Part shown: piece after piece, positions 23,620-46,666 of the stretch | Layout of the letters: each line of letters starts with the position of its first letter | Numbering within the stretch: the stretch's first letter is position 1 | Source of the DNA: Antedon mediterranea | Taxonomy: Eukaryota > Animalia > Echinodermata | Direction: 5' to 3' | Length of the DNA stretch: 64,000 nt | Assembly (NCBI RefSeq): GCF_964355755.1 | Contig: NC_092671.1 | Span: forward strand, 9,052,001-9,116,000 | Position numbers and translations under genes: made by a program | The notes under the pieces: model-generated | The model's database searches: none | What the model was told of the DNA's origin: nothing | What the model saw: only the letters and a program-made list of their open reading frames with translations

Positions 23620-24480
23620 TACTGTTTTACCAGTTATACAAGTACCAGTTATTTACTACTTTTAGACCATCATCTCCTTTTATAGCCAAGAATTATGCTG
23701 GTTGTAAAAGGAAATAATATTGCAATTATTAACAGTTATATTTATAGAAATTAATTTATGAAAATATGGTCTGTTTTTAAAGTGTTGAAACGCTAAAAAT
23801 TATCACTTTCAGAGTATATTCAAATTCAATGTTCAAATTAAGGTTTATAATTTAGTAATTGAGTTGTAGCTTGGTGGTTAAAATGTGCTTGTCTTCCAAT
23901 CCTAAGGTCCAGCTTCAATCCTTACCTAGTGCCAGGGTTGTAACTCACAAAGTATTTCAACTGCACTCCCTAACCCTCAAATTAATAAACATGATAAATT
24001 GGCAAGTTAATTAAATGTACAGGAATCTGCAACGTTAAATGTAAACCTAAACAAAGCGTAGATCACAATAATTGCTTTGTAACAATGCTTGGTCATTTTA
24101 TTAGTATCCCACAAGTGAATGGCTGACCATACTGTAATGACCAAGCATTGTTATAATTTAGGTCAAACTACTAGAAATTCTAATCTTTATAATGTATTGT
24201 TTCATAAATTGACCAAATTTTATACTTTCATCTTATTTTTAACAGTATAGTTTTGGTAACAAAATAATGTAATGTATGTAATACTCGAATATAATCCCAT
24301 CCCCTAATTTCGGCTCAGTGTGGTAAAGTTTACATTAGACTGTACCAGTCAATGCAAAGTATTTATGTACTGTATGCTATTTCATATTTAATAATATTTA
24401 AATTTGCAGCCAGGCTGTATTAGATTATAGTAGTTAATGCTTTACATTAGATCCCCTATTAAATTAAGGAGACACCTTGA

Positions 24481-26075
24481 GACCTAACAAAGTGTCCCCT
24501 TAATGGACCCAACAAAGTTTCCTTTTTAATAGACCCAACAAAGTGTCCCCTAAATGGACCCAACAAAGTTCCTTCTTAATGGACCCAACAAAGTGTCCCC
24601 TTAATGGACCCAACAAAGTGGCCCCTTAATGGACCCAACAAAGTGTCCCCTTAATGGACCCAACAAAGTGTCCCCTTAATGGACCCAACAAAGTGTCCCC
24701 TTAATGGACCCAACAAAGTGTCCTCTTATTAGACCCAACAAAGTGTCCCCTTAATGGACCCAACAAAGTGGCCCCTTAATGGACCCAACAAAGTGTCCCC
24801 TTAATAGACCCAACAAAGTTCCTTCTTAATGGACCCAACAAAGTGTCCCCTTAATGGCCCCAACAAAGTGTCCCCTTAATGGACCCAACAAAGTTCCTTC
24901 TTAATGGACCCAACAAAGTGTCCCCTTAATGGACCCAACAAAGTGTCCCCTTACAGTAAAAGACCCAACAAAGTGTCCCCTTAATAGACCCAACAAAGTT
25001 CCTTCTTAATGGACCCAACAAAGTGTCCCCTTAATGGACCCAACAAAGTGTCCACTTAATGGACCCAACAAGGTGTCCCCTTAATAGACCCAACAAGGTG
25101 TCCCCTTAATAGACCCAACAAGTTCCTTCTTAATGGACCCAACAAAGTGTCCCCTTAATGGACCCAACAAAGTGTCCCCTTAATGGACCCAACAAAGTGT
25201 CCCCTTAATGGACCCAACAAAGTTCCTTCTCAATAGACCCAACAAAGTGTCCCCTTAACAGACCCAACAAAGTTCCTTCTTAATAGACCCAACAAAGTGT
25301 CCCCTTAATAGACCCAACAAAGTGTCCCCTTAATAGACCCAACAAAGTTCCTTCTCAATAGACCCAACAAAGTGTCCCCTCAATAGACCTAACAAAGTGT
25401 CCCCTTAACAGACCCAACAAAGTTCCTTCTTAATGGACCCAACAAAGTGTCCCCTTAACAGACCCAACAAAGTTCCTTCTTAATAGACCCAACAAAGTGT
25501 CCCCTTAATGGACCCAACAAAGTGGCCCCTTAATGGACCCAACAAAGTGTCCCCTTAATAGACCCAACAAAGTGTCCCCTTAATAGACCCAACAAAGTGT
25601 CCCCTCAATAGACCTAACAAAGTGTCCCCTTAACAGACCCAACAAAGTTCCTTCTTAATGGACCCAACAAAGTGTCCCCTTAATAGACCCAACAAAGTGT
25701 CCCCTTAACAGACCCAACAAAGTTCCTTCTTAATAGACCCAACAAAGTGTCCCCTTAATGGACCCAACAAAGTGTCCCCTTAATAGACCCAACAAAGTGT
25801 CCCTTTAATAGACCCAACAAAGTGTCCCCTCAATAGACCTAACAAAGTGTCCCCTTAACAGACCCAACAAAGTTCCTTCTTAATGGACCCAACAAAGTGT
25901 CCCCTTAATAGACCCAACAAAGTTCCTTCTTAATGGACCCAACAAAGTTCCTTCTTAATAGACCCAACAAAGTTCCTTCTTAATAGACCCAACAAAGTGT
26001 CCCCTTAATGGACCCAACAAAGTGTCCCCTTAATAGACCCAACAAAGTTCCTTCTTAATGGACCCAACAAAGTGT
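24481..26075 (+). repeat. 25-bp minisatellite, about 64 units
   Basis: Unit GGACCCAACAAAGTGTCCCCTTAAT with variants GTTCCTTC, GTGGCCCC and AATA/AACA. Period is 25 (e.g. 24606, 24631). Confidence 0.97.
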
Positions 26076-27371
26076 TTAATAGAGTATTGATAACAAATTA
26101 TAATTTATTGTGTTTAAAAAAATGTTAACAAATAACACATACTGTACCAGGGTAACTTTACAACTTTTCTTCAATCTCTGAAACTTAAAATATAAGTTTG
26201 TAATATTGTTGATCTTCAAAACCTTAAATAAATATTTCCATACGGAGAGGTGCCGCATTTACGGGTATATTTTCGAGGGCCTGGTAGCACAAGTGTTGGA
26301 AAATATGGAGAGTTGGTAGCACAAGTGTGGGAAATGACAGGGTGAAATTAGTAGTTTAAAGTCCCTGGCCCGCCCACCCGTGTCAAAGTCATGATTTATC
26401 GGCAAATTTTGCAGGTATTTTGGCATACTGCAATGCTTAATGCTATAAGCCCGGCTATAATAAGCCCATCGCTAATACCTTTGAATAGGCCTAGAGTTTT
26501 CGCATCAGCAGAAGTACACGAAACATAGCCTAGGACAAAATCATTAAACTGTGACCACTCTTGATCATCGTTGTCATGCACCGCGGACGCGCGATTAACT
26601 TGTCAAAACACGTTCATGATTTTGCCATGAACGCTCACTTTGGCCATGTGCAGATCATGCCGGGAACCAGTACTAATATTGCGCCCTCTTTGGCGTAGCC
26701 TTGTTTCTGCCGTCATTTTAGAGAACACTGGATTTTGGTAAATGGTAGTTCAAGTCCGTAGTATTTTTCAGTAAAACAGGTAGCGCAAGTGCCTCGTGTC
26801 TTGAAGTGGCTGCTGCACCCTCCCCCCTGTTTGGTTTATATACAAGTGACCCCTGGGCTTCAAAATAAATTTATACTACTATGAATATTTTTTTGAAATA
26901 TGTAGTTTTGCCCTATAATTTATTGCATTTTGTGCTGTAAATAACAAAATCTGTAAATATTTACCTTAAATAAATCAAGATGGTCTACAATTGGATACTT
27001 GTACTAATGTAGTTTAATCTACCAATTGTACAAAGAATCTAACCAATGAATGATGTTGCATGTGACTTTTGAATCTAGGTATTATCATTTGTACCGCCTG
27101 TTGATGACATAGCACTTTTAGATAAGCTTTGCTGGTGTATTTACATTTCCACACACAGTGTTAGCTCTCTCATTGTCCCAGCACTTTTGATTCATGCTCA
27201 GCCAATCAGGAGACTATGATTTCTGGTGGTAGCAATATAAGCATTGTTAATACTCCAATAAGCAAGTATATTTTCACAGTCCCTGGACTAGATAACAGAT
27301 AGGTGTGTTGTATTTAGTAAAGATTCAAGTTTAGATCTTTCTTTCTCTTGCGTTGTCCTCAATCAGTCAAA

Positions 27372-37567
<10,196 letters not shown>

Positions 37568-38420
37568 AGAGCTTATATTTTATACCTCTTGGAGGTACTT
37601 GGCTGAATGCTAATTGTGAATGATTTAAATTTGTCATATTTTATTAAGTTTTCACCATATAATATTCAACAATAGCACTGTTCATTAAAATGAATGCATA
37701 AAATGTTTTAAAATATATTTTATCTACAAACTTGCAAGGAAAGTAATATTTCCATTATTTTAAATTTTGGCAAAATACACACCTGGGTTAAAAATGGTAG
37801 CTTTTGTTTCAGTATTTAAAGATGGTTACTTTATGAATTTCCATTTGTTCCTTCATAGAATATTATTATTGTATTATATATATCTTTTTCCATGATTCTT
37901 CAGTTAAATTATATATGTGTGGGTCTGCTATACAGTACATCTCACTAATATTTGTACAGTAATGTGTTTCCTTGATCGCTATTGAGTTCATATTGGAATT
38001 TATGAGTAAAAACAGACTTGGATTGGAAATTACGGGAATAAACAAGTGGTTTGTCTCAATCTCAATTGTGGTACAAACAAAATAAGCAAAAAGCTAAATG
38101 TTGAACACCAACAGACTTTTCATGATTGAAATTCAATTTTATATAATGTATAACAACACATATTAGAATGTTAGATTAAATTGTATTTTTTTTCGGTTTA
38201 ATACAAAATGAAGTGAATATAATTATGTAATTGGTAAACAAAAACAAGCATATATTAGTTCTGAATCTGAATTTTCATTTAATCTTACTAATAAAAAAGA
38301 TTATTACAATTAATGTGTTACTTTGTATATTTTGAAAAAAAATTCCCAAGCTTTTTGTAAACTTATGAAAACAATGGCTATCTATTTATACATATACAAA
38401 ATGTCATTTCTAGTACACTA

Positions 38421-38545
38421 GGCTCTGTGTACACAATCAAACTTTATGTGACAAACAAATATTAAATGCCCATATATAGACATGATGATATCACTACCAT
38501 ATTTGGGCACATCACATTTTTTTGTCACATAAAGTTTGATAGTGT
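38421..38545. mobile_element. MITE, AGCTCTGTCTACACT family, between the CAT and INSC 3' ends
   Basis: GGCTCTGTGTACACAATCAAACTTTATGTGACAAA ... TTTGTCACATAAAGTTTGATAGTGT with internal ATCACTACCATATTTGGGCAC. Confidence 0.65.
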
Positions 38546-38745
38546 TATGAAAAATTTAATTTTCTATCTATTCAAATACAAACACAAATTACTTTAAACT
38601 AATAAATATAATTTAATTACCTGATTAATTTACTCTGTACATTTAAATCACTTTGATGTGGTTTCATTTTATCTGTCCTTACCATTGTTATACTGCATAA
38701 TAAATATTAATAATTATTGTATTAAATAACATATATTTTAATCCT

Positions 38746-41700
38746 TTATACAAAACTTTCTTTAACTTTTGAGCAAAATAAAAAAGAGTCTGTAATTCTA
38801 GGTTGAACAAGTTCTTCGATAATCATCTCTTCAAATTCCTCACAAACAAACGTGTGTAATTTCCTTAATGTAACCTGTCAAAAAAAAATATATTTAAAAT
38901 AAATACTTAACTTATGCTATTTAAAAAAAAATTCTAGTAAAAAGTGAGACTAAATGCTCTGTTTATTTTCTATCCTAATAAGAAAAATCAATTTTTTTTT
39001 TCTAATTGCTCATCATTCACAATCGTCGATTTTTTTAACACATGTAAACTAATGTAATTAACTTAATAGTAACTTAACACAAGTGAACTGTTACTTAAAG
39101 ATTTTAATCTTACCAGACACGCCAACAACACTGAATCACTATTATTCCTTTCCAACGAATTATAGCACAAATCCGCAAGCTGATTCACACCTGTGGAACA
39201 GTGATTAAATTACTATTATTAACAAGTTATAAAATACTACGTTTTACATTTTCACATTTCACACAACCCATATACCAAAGTAAGTAATTTACTTTTGTGG
39301 ATTGCCTAAGATTAAAAAACCAAAACATGTTTGATATGCAGATGCCCCGACCAGTTGCTAAACTCTCTCTCTCCCCTTTCCCCAGTATTCCCTCTCAATG
39401 TGGTATGGTTGAACGGCACTAGTTTGTATACACGCATAATAGAGATAAGATTGATCTCATCCTCAACTTTTTATAAAAATTCACAAAAAAGAGTCATGCT
39501 CAAATACAGGCAAAGACATACATGTCCTTGATCAGATTGCATATGTTGAACAATAAAAAAATAATTTGGACAACACAAAGACATATTGTTTCATGAATTA
39601 TTACTCATGATTTATCGGTTTACCATACATTTACCATCATTTGGCTTTTAACTCACCATTCATGTTTGTGATGAGAGTTGCAGAAGATTTGTTTTGTACT
39701 AGTCTACCAAGCACTATTGCTGCTTTTTGCTGAACATTCTCGCAGAGTTCATGCGTTTTCTGTAAGTTTTCTTGATTTATATATTTGAGTGTAACGACGG
39801 CCTCATCTAGAAAGTTAAATAATACTTTAATACCACCGGCTTCAATGACTTGTTGTCGACATGATTCAGATGACACAATGTTTGAAAGTGTAGTTGCCAC
39901 CTGCAAAATATAAGTATTATTTTTGGTGGATTTTGCTTGCCATACTTGAAAGTTCGTGCATGTTTTCTGTTGCAAAAAGATGCACTGGCTTTAGATGTTG
40001 ATTCATGTTACTGTACTATTGACAATAAGAAAAAAAGGATAAAATATTATTAATAAATAATAATTGTTTTTTATTATTATTTTGCAGATAAATAATAATG
40101 GTATATTTTAGAGATACATATTTGTGGTACTGTACTGTGCTAGGTTTGAATCGATACCTCACTGATTGATGAAAAAAGAATATGCTAGTTCTTACATGAT
40201 TCTTGGAATAAAGATTGTCAGCTTTTCCACTTAGACAGCCGCTTAGTAATGCTTCAGCAGTGTTGTACGTTTCTAGGTATTCACATGACATACTGTCCAT
40301 GAAAGTAATGTTGGATATCGCTGCTGCTGCAAACATAAAAACATCTGAAGATGGTGCTATTATGCATAAATCTAAAACATAAATCCAAAATAAAACCATA
40401 ACTCTCACTGAACTTCAAGAAAATTGTTTATATAGTTAATAATTCTATAATTATAATACCAGTTGAAAGATTTGTTGGCTTAAGTAGATTTTTTCCTTGC
40501 TAAGCATGGCTTAGAACAATAATTTAGACAATTATACTGTAGTACAGCTTGGTGGTGAATATTCTTGCATTCCAAAGGCGTGGTTCAATCTTGCCTGGGT
40601 CCTAACTCATTACTCCACTGCCTAAGCCTCAAGCGAGCCTTAATTTATAGTTTATAAGCACGATAAATTTATGATTTATTCATCTTGTAATTGCCGTTAC
40701 TTGCCGATAAATCGTATAAAAAATCATACTTGTAAGTTCTCTCAGCAGATCATCTAGATATTCTATGAAGCCAAGCAAATGTTGAACATTGTCCACATTG
40801 GGTGAGGTAATTTGAGCTAAGATTCTGGCAACCCCAGTTTTCACTTCAATGGAAGATTCCGATGATAACAAGTCAGCTAGAACAGGTACGCCATTAGCCT
40901 ACAATAATGGTATCAATATTAATAGTTATAATTTTCATTGTGAATGGTTTTTAAAGTATACGCAATTTGAAATGTGTTCAAATCTTTTGCTAAGTTATGG
41001 GCCGGATTAATTTGTTTACCTTTTCTAACTCTATCTGTGCTTGCTGTATTTCACAAAGAACTCCGATTGTTTTAAGTGCATCTACCTTCATTGAATCAAC
41101 ATTGTTTAATGAACATATCTGACATAAGATCTGAACACCATCTTCCTAAAATTAAAATTACCAGATTGAATGCTTCCAAACATTAAAACTTTTAAAGATG
41201 TATTGTCCCCCAAACTTACATGAAAAATAAAGATTATTAAAATCAGATTTTGAATAGGCCATTTAGTTTTCATCAAGTTAATCACTTCTACAGGATAAAA
41301 AAATGTTTTCACTTATAAAAACACAAAACAAACATATCAATTCAACCAAAACCCCAATTTGACTATTTTTGGCTTTAACTTACAGTTTTTTGGGGTAAAT
41401 CATTTTTTTTCAATCAAATTTTTGGAACATCAAAATGGCATATTCACAAGAAAAAATATTTTTTCTGGGGGACAATATATCTTTAATCTGGATATTTATT
41501 ATCAGTACTTGAAGGTTGGCAATAGGCGGGCCTACATATTTAGAACTCGGGTTTACCTTAATGATGACCTTACTTATTTCTTGGTCTGTGGCTATTGCTT
41601 GTAACGATTCTATTGCAACACGTAAATGATAAATACTAGCTGATCCTCGAATGTCTTCTAACAAACTCTGAAATTAGCAAAATATAACTTAAACAGTACA

Positions 41701-44700
41701 GTACAGTTGGAATGGAATTTTATATTATACAAATAATGAATGTTTTTGAGTTGGAGGGTGAGAATATTTCATGAGTTGAGCAATTGACTGCTCTATTTAT
41801 ATATATATATATAATAGAGCAGTCAATGTTTTACTTCTAATATCAATTTTTCATTATATAGTGCTAATTCCAAAAGATGTGTTATGTGTAAGTATAATAA
41901 GAATACAATCGGGTGTATTATAAACAAAAATAAATGTTTACCCCGACAAGATTAGCTTGGATTGTTTCAGATAGTCCAGCAAAAGCGTGGCCAAGGTTGC
42001 TTAATGTTTTTAATACAGGAACAACACCTTTTCCAGATGATACCTTAAAACTGAAAACACATGAAACAATTATGTTGTTATCTTTCTAGATGTTTTTTTT
42101 TTTATTACAATGAATAATAACAAAAGTATGTATTACTTTTCCATATGACACATCAGCATTCTGCTTTGTATTCTAACATGTTCATGTTTCTGCAAGGAAA
42201 TAATAATATAGCATATTTTTATTTTAAATCCTGTCAGTAATTGTCAGTAACTCCTTATAGTTAAATCTTGCCAGTACAATTCGAGTCATTCATGTGCAGG
42301 ATGCATTTCAACTTAATATTGGTAAAAGATAAATATTTTGGTACACATGGCGTTTTATATGTATATCAATTGAGCTCGAATCAGACAAAAACTGTTGGAT
42401 CAAGATAGTATAAACTCTTACTTCTGATATGTTAAATGGTACTGATGTATAAAGAAAGCCAATGAAGTTGCCGATTATTTTCTCTATCTGATTGATCAAT
42501 TGGAAGGCAAGCCTCTGGATGGTTTGGGCATCAGCAGCATCTAGCTTGCTAAAAAATGTAAAGTTATCGACAAAAAATTAAATCTTTCCTAATAAAAATG
42601 AGTTTAACAATATAATACAACATTTTTTATGATATAATTAATTTAGAATTATTTAATTCTAAAATGATGACATGATCTTTACTTGAAGTTGATTAGGTAA
42701 TACAGTATATCTCTTACTTGTAAAAGTCTGCAAAATATGTTGAAACTTCCCAAACCTTTTTTCGTAGATTAAGAATGTTTGCTGAAATGGAAACAAATAA
42801 TCCTGTATTATGTATTAGTAGTAAATCTTATATATGTTTCATTTTCTGATTGAAAGCGCCGTTTTTTAAGTATATTTTCGGTCATACAATAATGGAATAT
42901 TCCACTCTTTTATAATAAAGATTTTAAAAGCATTTTAACCAAATATACAGTAATAATATTTGTGATGCATACATTTTTTAAGCTTGGAGGCTTTGGCCAT
43001 ATCTACGGCTGGACAATGTATTGTTTTAGCTTGAAGCAAACACATACATTCTGGTTCAGTCATCAACCTGATGTCCTGCATCCAACGTTCTACGGGGTTT
43101 ACTAGTAGACCTTCTTTAGATCTATCAAAGGAACCATTAAATAAAGTCAGTGAGTGATAACACAAAAACACAAGTTGCTCACGGTGTACAGCTTTTGTAC
43201 GCGCGCGTTTAAAACTGATATCAACCATACGGCTATATTACGCGCGTTCAAACGTCGATGGATTATTACGCGCGCGTTCAAACGCAGATGGATTTATTAC
43301 ACGCGCGTTCAAAAGTTGATGAAAATTTTAAGGCTTTAGTACGCACGCGTGAACTTTGTGATGTAATGTAGATTTATAATGTTTGATACTGTTTTCAGAC
43401 AATCTGTTATTTTAATTATGCATTAGGCTTAATATATTTACAATTTTTTATACAGACCTTTATTTTTAAGATGTAGTATAAATTGTTAAAGCTGTTTGAT
43501 AGTAATTGTATACAGTTCAATGAATTTGATTTTGTTAGCATATTTTCTTATTGACACCCTACTGGTTGACGGTGTCTACAAAATTAGTAGTGGTTAAAAT
43601 CTACAGGAGGGATGGCCTTATTTAAACTCCTAACCCCACGCAATTATAAACGACTTTCAAGACCCGGTATATAGAATGAAATATTTTTCGGGACGTGTTT
43701 TAAATAATAACTAATATCCACAACAAACTGTGAGGTGGTATTCGTATATCTTACTCATTGAAAGCTTGGTTGTTGAACCACTGATTTAATGCACTCTCTC
43801 TATTTACTTGGTTCGACCTAAGAAGAAAATATTTAAAGCTAATAAGAAAATAAAATTTCCAAACAAACAACAATAGCATATTTATTATTAATAATTATGT
43901 AATACAATGATAGGGTAGGCTGATAATATTAAAGTGTGAAAACCTCAGAACTACTAAAAAATCAAAATATATAATTGTATCCGTAAGAAATGTATGTATG
44001 TTCACATTAATCTTATATTCGGTATAATTAGCTTGTTCGTAACACATATATCTTAATGATGGAGTTGCCCTCGGGACATGCATCGTCCTTTAAGAATGTC
44101 TATTTTTTACTTCTTTAATCATCAGCCATTGGTAGCACGTAGTACATTGGTAGTTCCTGGTATAATCATTACATCCTTCCTTCAGGCTATTAATTAATTA
44201 TATTATATTACAGGTATAAGGCTGTGGTGTGCAAACATGGCTACTACCACGATATTTTGTGTTTGTCTCTTAGGATCAATTAATTAATAAAGCATACATG
44301 TCTATAATTATTAACCATGATAAAGCAATTCTTGCTTTTTTTATTGATTTTAATTAGTCTCTTCTACAATTTACTCTTTGATGCTTAAACTTCAATTCGG
44401 AAATAGCAATTTCTTTATTATATTAAATGGTCCTTCAATAACAAAAGAAACGACGATAATTCCCTTAGCAAATAGAAGCCAAGTTTATGTAATGAGAGAT
44501 CAAGTAGGTCTACTACATCAACATTCGTAGAAAATAATGTTTATACTGTATTTATTTAGCGTAGGCCCTATACACAATTGTATCGTCAGTGACACAATAA
44601 TAGTTGCAGTGTCCCCATGCCATTCCAACAAATGCCTTTGGAATGCTTCATCATCATCTCTGGGGTAATAATTATGATGTTTCAGAGTCGTGACAATCAA

Positions 44701-45318
44701 ACTTCCGTCATTTTTTATGACATCTGTTCAAAATCAATGCATTATAAATTCAATGTAACGACAATGCTCATTTCTTGATTACTGTATTACGTCACGAAAT
44801 ACGCGAGTCAAGTTATTGAACGAAAGTAGCTATATATACAGAGGAATGTTTATTTTACAACTCTTAATCGTACCCATCCCCATAGAAGCGCAGCACACGC
44901 ATTGACGTTGCTTTTCCCACCGTACAGGAGAACTAAAGACAGTATTCCTGGTCTAAACGCGGTAAAATGGATGAGTTATGAATTAAGTTTTTGCACAATG
45001 TAGACAATTTATAAGATATGACCATAACACAACATACAGGTGCGGTATTGCCTATTTGTATTATTCCACGTACAGTTTTGACTAAACTCTGTATCTTGCG
45101 GCGTTGGAGATCTTGATACAATTTTAATTCAAGCACTCAAATACCACGAAAACCAATTTCACATAGCAATGGCAAAAAAAACCCAAACAAACAAATCTTA
45201 CCTTACAATACCCTGCATCTTCCAAACAGGTAAACAAATCAATTATTCTAAAATGTCCAGGTGTCGATGATTTTATCTGTGCGTCTGAAACCGACGATCG
45301 GTCTCTACGATCTCCCAT
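38746..45318 (-). CDS. INSC: Protein inscuteable homolog (5' exons uncertain)
   Basis: Exons (minus) include 43121-42973, 42781-42718, 42548-42422, 42189-42137, 42050-41942, 41667-41557 (donor uncertain), 41118-41020, 40898-40730, 40371-40196, 39900-39657, 39190-39114, 38874-38746. LGN-binding motif VERWMQDIRLMTEPECMCLLQAKTI, ARM-like repeats (AAAAISNITF, VQQKAAIVLGRL), C-terminus LVQPRITDSFLFCSKVKESFV. Start at 45318 (exon 45318-45202) is tentative. Confidence 0.88.
41196..41482. mobile_element. TTAA-flanked MITE (Kolobok-like), AGATGTATTGTCCC family
   Basis: TTAA|AGATGTATTGTCCCCC ... GGGGGACAATATATCT|TTAA. Confidence 0.78.
43172..43336. repeat. Short CpG-rich element with ~31-bp internal repeats, probable MITE
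   Basis: TACGCGCGTTCAAA occurs 3-4 times; imperfect inverted ends AAGTT..CACG..GTAC / GTACGCACGCGTGAACTT. Confidence 0.45.
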
Positions 45319-45484
45319 TTTACTTACAATGGAAGAGTCCAAAAGAAAGTTGCGAGAAAGATGCTCCATTAATGTTAAAGGGGTGTTTGACAATTTCATT
45401 TCATTATTTATTTTGGTCTATTTAAGTATATACAAAAAAAAAAAAAATGAAATTGGGGAGACCAGGGTCAACCTAAGTGAACAA

Positions 45485-46055
45485 CTTAATCACTGTTATA
45501 CTAGAACAAGAAATAACATATATATCCCTAACCATAACACCAATTATTTTCAACATAGCATTAGATATTCTGGACCTCTATTGTTTAACAATTTACCCCC
45601 CTCAATTTCCTGTGCTGCCAACCGCTATTCATTTAATAATAACATAAAAAATTACCTTTTGTCTCATTACTGATCGATATGATTGATATGGTCGTTTTTT
45701 CCATGTTCCGTGACTTGCTATCTTTATTATTCAATTGTCATCATATTCGCTATATGCCATGCAGCTGTACTTTTTTCTGTTCTTTTTTTATTTTTTATTC
45801 CAACTTTTATCTACTGGTTTTATATATATTTTGTATTTCTTTATTGTCTAATTAATTTATTTTCTTTATTTATATATATATATATTTTTTTTTTCCTTCT
45901 CTTATTTAAATATTTTGTAAAGGCAATCCCGTCACAAGATTGTAATCTTTTTGGGATTTGCCTTCGTCCATTTTCTTGTTTTATCACTTGCCATTTTGTT
46001 TTTGTTACTTTTGTCTTTTGGACGTGAATAAATGTTCCTTGAATTGAATTGAATT
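45485..46055 (+). mobile_element. 3' end fragment of an L2/Crack-like LINE
   Basis: HCYTRTRNNIYIP...SIRYSGPLLFNNLP...IKNYLL* (stop 45673), T-rich UTR, stem-loop AAGGCAATCCC..ACAAG..GGGATTTGCCTT, AATAAA, (TTGAA)n tail. Confidence 0.75.
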
Positions 46056-46666
46056 AAAAAACTGTAGCTATTCTATTCTATTCTATGTTTTACCATTCTA
46101 ATTGACATACAATTATTAATATATCAGCGTATGTCCAACATTGTTGAAAATTTGGCCAGATAAAAAAGATGATATATCATTTTTTTTAAACTACATGGTG
46201 AACAACTTCAACTGAGGAACTTCCGAGTAAGTGGTGAGATTAATTAGTATGCCTTCTATATAGTGGGCCGCATGTAATAGTTGTACTAGTAGTGGCGAAA
46301 GTGAATCATAATAAATAATACAATAAAAATAATAAATAGTAATTGTTTAAACGTTTTTATTTTTCTAATAGAAAACAAATTATATTTAAACTAAACTGAA
46401 ATAAGAATTTGAAAACAATTTTTGACGATTACTGATTACATGGTTCACTAGTCCTCACTCAAAAACAATTCTAATTAAATAAATCCATAAGCTTCACAGC
46501 GACTGCAGTAAAGAGTCTAACACGTAGCCATATTTTTTCAATGCTGGACTTCCTGTTCCTGTTTATTGACTTGCAAATCGCGAGGCGCGTGTGAAGAGGG
46601 TGCGGTTGAATTTAGGCTTACTTCTTGAGGCATTTCAGACTTTTAGGTCACAAATTATACCTCAAG

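Noticed and set aside
23866-23945. tRNA gene-like A/B boxes (also ~40540 and ~57283)
   Set aside because: The boxes are degenerate with no foldable cloverleaf; these are more likely old SINE heads, too weak to annotate.
24481-26075. CRISPR-like array
   Set aside because: Units are contiguous 25-mers with no unique spacers, there are no cas genes, and the context is eukaryotic.
45683-46027. Hydrophobic 114-aa membrane-protein-like ORF
   Set aside because: It is the T-rich 3' UTR of a LINE fragment.
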